A stretch of DNA of 32,000 nt, from the NCBI RefSeq assembly GCF_000007145.1, contig NC_003902.1, forward strand, positions 218,311 to 250,310. The letters run 5' to 3'. Position 1 is the first letter of the stretch. Every line of letters begins with the position of its first letter. The notes under the pieces were generated by a model. That model saw only the letters and a list, made by a program, of their open reading frames with translations. It did no database searches and had not been told where the DNA came from. Shown one piece after another: positions 25,260 to 32,000 of this stretch. Made by a program: the position numbers and the translations under genes. Source of the DNA: Xanthomonas campestris pv. campestris str. ATCC 33913 (GTDB lineage: Bacteria; Pseudomonadota; Gammaproteobacteria; Xanthomonadales; Xanthomonadaceae).

Positions 25260-25281
25260 CCCCACCCACCCCGGAGTCCCT

Positions 25282-26724
25282 ATGAAGACAGGTCTTGTTG
25301 CCGGGTGGAAAGCCCGGTTCTACAGCGTCTGCATGCTGATGCTGTTCAGTGCGCTGGTGGTTGGCGGCTTGGGCAACGCGCAGGCTCAGTCCGGCGCGCA
25401 GGTCACCCCATTGCCGACCGAGCCGGTCACCACCGAACCGCTCCCCACCGCACAGCCGGCCGCCGCGCCGGTTGCGGCGGCCGAGGCGGCGCCAGTGGTG
25501 GAGAAGGGTGACGTCGCCTGGATGCTGACCTCCACGTTGCTGGTGCTGCTGATGGTGGTGCCGGGCCTGGCGCTGTTCTACGGCGGCATGGTGCGCGCCA
25601 AGAACGTGTTGTCGGTGCTGATCCAGGTGGCGGTGGTGTTCTCGCTGCTGGTGGTGCTGTGGGTGTTCTACGGCTACAGCCTGGCGTTCTCCGGCGAAGG
25701 CCCGTGGATCGGCAATCTGGACAAGGCCTTGCTCAAGGGCGTGACCATCGAAACGTTGTCGGCCACCTTCACCAAGGGCGTCAGCCTGCCGGAATACGTG
25801 TTCGTGGCGTTCCAGGCCACCTTCGCCGGCATCACCGGTGCGCTGATCGTCGGTGCGTTTGCCGAACGCGCCAAGTTCGCTGCGGTGCTGCTGTTCTCGG
25901 TGATCTGGTTCACCTTCGGCTATCTGCCGCTGGCGCACATGGTCTGGGCCACCGGCGGCTATCTGTTCGGCTTGGGTGCGCTGGATTTCGCCGGTGGCAC
26001 GGTGGTGCACATCAATGCCGGTGTCGCCGGTCTGGTGGGCGCCTACTTCGTGGGCAAGCGGGCCGGGCTCGGGCGTGAGGCGATCAAGCCGCACAACGTG
26101 ACCCTGACCTTCGTCGGTGCTTCGCTGCTGTGGGTGGGCTGGTTCGGCTTCAACGCCGGTTCCAACCTGGAAGCCAATGCCGGTGCGGCGCTGGCCTTCC
26201 TCAACACCTTGCTGGCCACCGCAGCCGCGGTCCTGGGCTGGTCGCTCACCGAGAAGATCATCAAGGGCAAGTCCTCCGCCCTGGGCGTGGCCTCGGGCAT
26301 GGTCGCCGGCCTGGTCGGCATCACCCCGGCCTGCGGCACGGTGGGCCCGTTCGGCGCGATCATCATTGGCCTGGCGGCCGGCGTGCTGTGCGTGTGGGGC
26401 GTCACTGGCCTCAAGCGCCTGCTTGGTGCCGACGACAGCCTGGACGTGTTCGGCGTGCATGGCCTGGGCGGCATCATCGGCGCGATCCTCACCGGCGTGT
26501 TCTCGGCGGCCTCGCTCGGCGGCCAGAAGGGCGGCGACTACGACATGCTGCATCAAGTCGGTATCCAGGCGCTGGGCGTGGGCATCACGGTGGGCTGGAT
26601 CGGCGTGGTGTCGGTGGTGGGCTTTGTGGTCGCCAAGCTGGTGTTCGGCCTGCGCGTCACCGAAGAAGCCGAGCGTGAGGGGTTGGACATCACCTCGCAC
26701 GGCGAAGCTGCTTACGAGTCCTGA
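25282..26724 (+). CDS. amtB: Ammonium transporter AmtB
   Basis: This is the inner ATG of track ORF 25249..26724, with GGAG at 25273-25276, and gives 480 aa. A signal peptide and Pro/Thr/Ala linker precede the Amt core (VPGLALFYGGMVR, AFADFAGGTVVHINAG-like, GVHGLGGIIGAILTG). Confidence 0.95.
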   Translation: MKTGLVAGWKARFYSVCMLMLFSALVVGGLGNAQAQSGAQVTPLPTEPVTTEPLPTAQPAAAPVAAAEAAPVVEKGDVAWMLTSTLLVLLMVVPGLALFYGGMVRAKNVLSVLIQVAVVFSLLVVLWVFYGYSLAFSGEGPWIGNLDKALLKGVTIETLSATFTKGVSLPEYVFVAFQATFAGITGALIVGAFAERAKFAAVLLFSVIWFTFGYLPLAHMVWATGGYLFGLGALDFAGGTVVHINAGVAGLVGAYFVGKRAGLGREAIKPHNVTLTFVGASLLWVGWFGFNAGSNLEANAGAALAFLNTLLATAAAVLGWSLTEKIIKGKSSALGVASGMVAGLVGITPACGTVGPFGAIIIGLAAGVLCVWGVTGLKRLLGADDSLDVFGVHGLGGIIGAILTGVFSAASLGGQKGGDYDMLHQVGIQALGVGITVGWIGVVSVVGFVVAKLVFGLRVTEEAEREGLDITSHGEAAYES

Positions 26725-26733
26725 GCATGACCG

Positions 26734-26755
26734 CCCGCGGCCAGCGTGCCGCGGG
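26734..26755 (+). terminator. GC hairpin just after amtB (8-bp stem, 6-nt loop, no U-tract)
   Basis: CCCGCGGC (26734-26741) pairs with GCCGCGGG (26748-26755), 10 nt after the stop. Confidence 0.35.
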
Positions 26756-26972
26756 CCGCACGACGACCCGGCCGGGAGTGCCCGCGCCGGGTCTGCTGTC
26801 CCCCGGCCCGGCACCAAGCGCCGGGCCACGTTGCCGAGGTGCCTGCATGACCCGCCCCACGCCCCTCAGCCCCGAGTGGTTGCGCGCTGGCCCGCTGCAC
26901 GTCCTCGCCCCAGTTCCCTCATCTCCGGGTATTGCCCCGTCGGCAGCTGTGCTGCGCCGGTCGGGCGGTGCT

Positions 26973-26989
26973 TGCACTAAATTGGTGCA
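26973..26989. promoter_or_regulatory. NtrC-type palindrome abutting the ntrB start codon
   Basis: TGCACTAAATTGGTGCA has one mismatch to TGCACC-N5-GGTGCA. It ends at 26989, and the first ATG of ntrB is at 26990. Confidence 0.6.
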
Positions 26990-28037
26990 ATGCTGATGTC
27001 GTCATCCACGCCTTCCCTCGACAGCCTTGGTACGCCGGTGGCCTGGGCCGACCGCGACGGGCGCGTGCTGGGGGTCAATCCCGCGTTCGCGCGCTGGCTC
27101 GGCGTGAGTGCGCGCCGGTTGGTGGACCAGCCGCTGGCCGCGTTGGAAGTGCAGGGCGACGCGCTGGCGCGCTTTCTGCTCAACGACGAGCGCGACATCC
27201 TGCGGCTGCACCGGCTGGCGCTGGGCCTGCCCAATGACGCGCCGCGCTTTGCCGAAGGTTGGCTGTCGCGGCTGGACGACGGCGGCTGGCTGCTGGAAAC
27301 CCATCCGGTCGACGAATTCCCCGCGCTGGACCCCACCCACGCGTTGCCCAACGCATTGAGCGCGGCGCTGAAGGGCTTGGCCCACGAGCTGCGCAACCCG
27401 CTGGCCGGGCTCAAGGGCGCCGCCCAGTTGCTGGCGCGCCGCGCTGCCGGGCGCGACGAGGACGAGCGCGAGCTGATCGAGTTGATCGGCACCGAAATCG
27501 AGCGCCTCAACACCCTGCTCGAACGCCTGCTCTCGCCCTCACCCCTACGCCCGCACGAGCGCCTCAACATCCATGTGGTGCTCGAACGCGTGCTTCGCCT
27601 GGCCGAGGCCGAAGGCGGCTGGTCGGTGCAGGTGCAGCGTGATTACGACCCCAGCATCCCCGACATCCTCGGCGACGTGGACCGGCTCACCCAGGCGGTG
27701 TGGAACCTGGTGCGCAACGCCTTCCAGGCCGGCGCCACCCGGGTGACCCTGCGCACCCGCGTCGAGCATGGCCAGCGCATCCGCGACCGCGTGCACGCCA
27801 TGTCGCTGCGGCTGGAAATCATCGACGACGGCGGCGGTGTGCCCGAAGAACTGGCCGAGCACCTGTTCCTGCCGCTGGTCAGCGGCCGCGCCGAAGGCAG
27901 CGGGCTGGGCCTGGCGCTGGCGCAGCAGGTCTCGCGCGAACACCACGGCACGCTGACCTATCGCTCGCGGCCGGGCCATACCGTTTTCACCCTGCTGCTG
28001 CCCGAGCTGGCCGGCGATCACGACAAGGAGCATCTGC

Positions 28038-28045
<8 letters not shown>
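26990..28045 (+). CDS. ntrB: Nitrogen regulation sensor histidine kinase NtrB
   Basis: 351 aa with an N-terminal PAS-like region, the H-box HELRNPLAGLKGAAQLL, and the ATP-binding blocks NLVRNAFQA and GSGLGLALAQQV. An alternative start is at 26996. Confidence 0.9.
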
Positions 28046-29468
<1,423 letters not shown>

Positions 29469-29722
29469 GGTACGTCGCGCGCCGCGTGGGGGTGCGGCGT
29501 GCTGTCGCTGTGATGCCCGCAAGTCCTCGTGTCCTGCGTACGTGTCTCCACACGTCCATCCGCCAGCAGGGCGAGCGGATTGCGTGGTTGGAAGAGGAGG
29601 TTCTCATCGCTCACGCGAGCCTGCTGTGCGCCATTGAGTGTCCTGCTCACCAACGGCGCGCACACAACAACGCCACGGCCAAGCAGGCCAGGTGCTGCAT
29701 CAATCTGCGCAGAGGAGGAAGT

Positions 29723-30087
29723 ATGTCAGCCCCGCGTGCTGCAGCGACTTGCGGCGTGCGCCAGCAGGCGCTAGACGCGCGAGGCATGCAGTCGTATCGG
29801 GCTAGTGCGCATGCGGCATTCGCGTTGAATGCGCCGTGGAAAGTCCCGCCCGCTGATCGTACGCGTGCGCGACATCGGCGACGGCAACCACGTGAGCATC
29901 ATGTCACTTCCGCGCGTTGCAGCTGTTTGCGGCGAGCCCGCAGCAGTCGCTAGACGCGCTGCGCCTATAGTCGTATCTGGCTAACGCGAGTCAGACGCTC
30001 GCGTTGATTGCGCCGTGAGAAGTCCAACTCACTGATCGTACGGGCGCTGGACACGGCGGCGACAGGCAGTCGGTGGAATTGCTCATC
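29723..30087. repeat. Diverged tandem modules of about 178-187 bp (two clear copies; degenerate flanking copies possible)
   Basis: Copy A runs 29723-29900 and copy B runs 29901-30087. Shared blocks occur in the same order: ATGTCA, TTGCGGCG, CGCTAGACGCGC (29769 and 29948), AGTCGTATC.GGCTA, TCGCGTTGA.TGCGCCGTG, AAGTCC and CTGATCGTACG. They are separated by equal-length unrelated blocks. Confidence 0.8.
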
Positions 30088-30097
30088 TGCAGATGAG
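30082..30097. repeat. Perfect 16-nt palindrome CTCATCTGCAGATGAG
   Basis: Read directly; it is its own reverse complement. It sits at the end of tandem module B in the ORF-poor gap. Confidence 0.9.
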
Positions 30098-30212
30098 TGG
30101 GTTGTCAGTCGATCACGCTGCAGCTGCACTGCTCAAAACGCTGGAAACCGCTGCCTGCGCACAACCCGCGCACGCCGCTTGCCTGTAGCGCCGTGCCGCA
30201 CCGGTTTCTCGC

Positions 30213-30593
30213 ATGACGCGCGTACGTCAGCACCTGATCGGCGCGGTGCGCGATGCGCTTGAGGCCTATCCCGCTGGCCCATTGCCCGCCGATGCCGGCG
30301 AGGCGGCCTTCTATGCCAAGGCCTTGCAGCGCTTCGATGCGCTGGCGCAGGCACGCGATGTGGCGCTGCCGCCGGGTGTGTCGATTGCGTGGTCACGGCG
30401 CTTCGGGTTGCACCAATCCCTGCTGCCTGCAGAACCGATGCCGCGCGCATGCCGCATCACGAACTGCCCGTCGCGCGTTCGTCAGTCAACACCGGCGCCC
30501 CCGTCATCGGTGACTCCATCCGCGTCCGTCACCCGTACACTGCCGGCCTGCCGCACGGCGCATTTCATGACACGTGAACATGCGCCCGCATAG
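30213..30593 (+). CDS. Hypothetical ORF, possibly a gene remnant
   Basis: The first 60 codons or so have GC-rich third positions and plausible protein sequence (MTRVRQHLIGAVRDALEAYPAGPLPADAGEAAFYAKALQRFDALAQARDVALPPGVSIAW). The rest is Pro/Ser/Arg/Cys-rich and less coding-like. I recognise no family. Confidence 0.25.
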   Translation: MTRVRQHLIGAVRDALEAYPAGPLPADAGEAAFYAKALQRFDALAQARDVALPPGVSIAWSRRFGLHQSLLPAEPMPRACRITNCPSRVRQSTPAPPSSVTPSASVTRTLPACRTAHFMTREHAPA

Positions 30594-30621
30594 GTTTCAG
30601 CCTGATCAGGAGAACAGCTCG

Positions 30622-31224
30622 ATGCGTTACCGGTCGTCCACCGTCGTTGCCCTTACCGCTTTGGCACTGGCTGCCTGCAGCAGCACGCCACCTGCGCCCC
30701 CGACGCCGCCGCCGGTGCCTGCGCGGGTAGTCCCCGTGCGCGCGGTGCAGCAGGCCGAAGCGCCGCTGGCATCGGCCTCGGGCAGCCTGGTGAGTGGCCG
30801 GGTGGTGTTGGTGCCCGCGCTGCGCGGCATTCGCCTCACCGGCACCGTCGGTGGTCTGCGGCCCGGTGCGGTCGCCGGCTTCCATGTGCATGAGCGTGGT
30901 GATTGCAGCGCGGCCGATGCCAGCAGCGCCGGTGGGCATTTCAATCCCACCGGCGCAGCGCACGGCCGTGCCGGCAACGGTAGCCACCATCTGGGCGACA
31001 TGGACAACCTGCGCGCCGACGCGGAAGGCGTGGCGCATCTGGACATGATCCTGAGCGATATCACCCTGGGCGATGCCGCGCCCAGCGACGTACTCGGCAA
31101 GGCGCTGATCGTGCATGCCGATGCCGACGACTACCGCAGCCAGCCCAGCGGCAACGCCGGTGCGCGGCTGGCCTGTGGCGTCATCCGTGCCACCAAGTGG
31201 CAGACACCGCCTTCGCAGCCCTGA
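30622..31224 (+). CDS. sodC: Cu,Zn superoxide dismutase lipoprotein, copy 1
   Basis: This is the inner ATG of track ORF 30574..31224, with AGGAGA at 30608-30613, and gives 200 aa. Lipobox: LALAA|C. Metal and structural motifs: FHVHERGDC, GGHFNP, HHLGDM, IVHADADDY and GNAGARLACGVI. Confidence 0.9.
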   Translation: MRYRSSTVVALTALALAACSSTPPAPPTPPPVPARVVPVRAVQQAEAPLASASGSLVSGRVVLVPALRGIRLTGTVGGLRPGAVAGFHVHERGDCSAADASSAGGHFNPTGAAHGRAGNGSHHLGDMDNLRADAEGVAHLDMILSDITLGDAAPSDVLGKALIVHADADDYRSQPSGNAGARLACGVIRATKWQTPPSQP

Positions 31225-31272
31225 GCCGTGGGCACCCATGCCGCCCCCGCGGCGTCTTTTGAGGAGTGATTC

Positions 31273-31920
31273 ATGCGTATTCTTCCCACCACCCTGTTCC
31301 TGGCCACCGCGCTGGTCCTGACGGCCTGCAAACGCGACGAGCCCGCCCCGGCCGAACCAGCGCCCGCCCCGCAGGCCGGCACCCCGGCCGAAGCCGCCCA
31401 CGGCGGCGAGCATGCCGCCTCGATGGTCACCGAAGCAGCGGCCACCACCACCGCTACCGCCGAGCTCAAGCCGACCAAGGGCAATGAGGTCAAGGGCACA
31501 GTCACCTTCAAGACCGTGGACGGCGCGCTGCGGGTCACCGGCCAACTGAGTGGGCTCAAGCCCAACAGTGAGCACGGCTTCCACATCCACGAGAAGGGCG
31601 ATTGCAGTGCGCCGGACGGCAGCAGCGCCGGCGGCCACTTCAACCCCGCCCAGACCGACCACGGCATGGTCGGCGCCGACCCGCATCACGGTGGCGACAT
31701 GCCCAACATCAAGGCCGATGCGCAGGGCAATGCCAGCATCGACGGCCCGGTGGCGAGCAACGTCAACCTGGGCAAGGCCGACCAGTCCGACATCGCCGGC
31801 CACGCCGTGATCGTCCACGCCGACCCGGACGACTACAAGACCCAGCCCACCGGCAACGCCGGCGGCCGCCTGGCTTGCGGCGTGATCACCACCGACAACG
31901 CGCCCGCACCGACCAAGTAA
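31273..31920 (+). CDS. sodC: Cu,Zn superoxide dismutase lipoprotein, copy 2
   Basis: 215 aa. Lipobox: LVLTA|C. Motifs: FHIHEKGDC, GGHFNP, HHGGDMPN, IVHADPDDY and GNAGGRLACGVI. Confidence 0.9.
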   Translation: MRILPTTLFLATALVLTACKRDEPAPAEPAPAPQAGTPAEAAHGGEHAASMVTEAAATTTATAELKPTKGNEVKGTVTFKTVDGALRVTGQLSGLKPNSEHGFHIHEKGDCSAPDGSSAGGHFNPAQTDHGMVGADPHHGGDMPNIKADAQGNASIDGPVASNVNLGKADQSDIAGHAVIVHADPDDYKTQPTGNAGGRLACGVITTDNAPAPTK

Positions 31921-31928
31921 TGGTCAAT

Positions 31929-31960
31929 GGTCACGCCGCGGTGGATGCCACGGCGTGACC
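31929..31960 (+). terminator. Hairpin after the second sodC (10-bp stem, 12-nt loop, no U-tract)
   Basis: GGTCACGCCG (31929-31938) pairs with CGGCGTGACC (31951-31960), 9 nt after the stop. Confidence 0.35.
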
Positions 31961-32000
31961 ACACAGCGATGCCCACAGAACACGCACACGTGAAGGGAAC

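Noticed and set aside
29723-29953. ORF with a strong AGGAGG ribosome-binding site and ATG at 29723 (77 aa: MSAPRAAATCGVRQQALDARGMQSYRAS...).
   Set aside because: The product is Arg/Ala-rich with poor codon periodicity. The equivalent ATG in the second tandem module opens only a 27-codon frame with different downstream sequence and no ribosome-binding site, so there is no evidence of a conserved peptide. The ribosome-binding-site-like motif is noted under the intergenic finding.

Overview
This is a high-GC (roughly 65%) chromosomal segment. Gene content and protein sequences look like a Xanthomonas-type gammaproteobacterium; that is inference from memory, since no search was possible. I can support about 27 protein-coding genes, and nearly all are ordinary core functions.

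Genes, left to right:
- Ergothioneine pair egtB-egtD, plus a DUF3253 gene.
- A fused 1236-aa indolepyruvate:ferredoxin oxidoreductase on the minus strand.
- Two secreted hypothetical proteins flanking an AEC-family transporter.
- A tightly packed run: parA-like, sixA, yceI, PLD-family lipoprotein.
- A second run: hotdog thioesterase, PlsC-type acyltransferase, YheT-type hydrolase, and a large TPR protein with a sulfotransferase-like C-terminus.
- A PEBP/YbhB gene, a META/DUF4377 lipoprotein, and uppP.
- The complete nitrogen-control locus glnA, glnB(K)-amtB, ntrB-ntrC.
- Two tandem lipoprotein Cu,Zn superoxide dismutases.

I see no rRNA, tRNA, CRISPR array, transposase, integrase, phage gene or recognisable defence gene, and no convincing novel multi-gene protein system.

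The unusual material is non-coding:
1. A (CGATTCC)x14 microsatellite lies 13 nt upstream of the thioesterase start codon.
2. A compound (CCGCTTG)x6 + (GCCC)x5 microsatellite follows the TPR gene.
3. Two macro tandem arrays (about 280 bp x 2.4 and 452 bp x 2), built around GTAG-type REP/REPIN hairpins, bracket ybhB. One of them duplicates the last codons of ybhB.
4. A 744-bp ORF-poor gap downstream of ntrC holds about 178-bp tandem modules and a perfect 16-nt palindrome.

Regulatory sites: there are clear NtrC-type palindromes and a sigma-54 promoter upstream of glnA. Another NtrC-type palindrome abuts the ntrB start codon.

All functional calls rest on motif recognition by eye. Coordinates of starts are best guesses.
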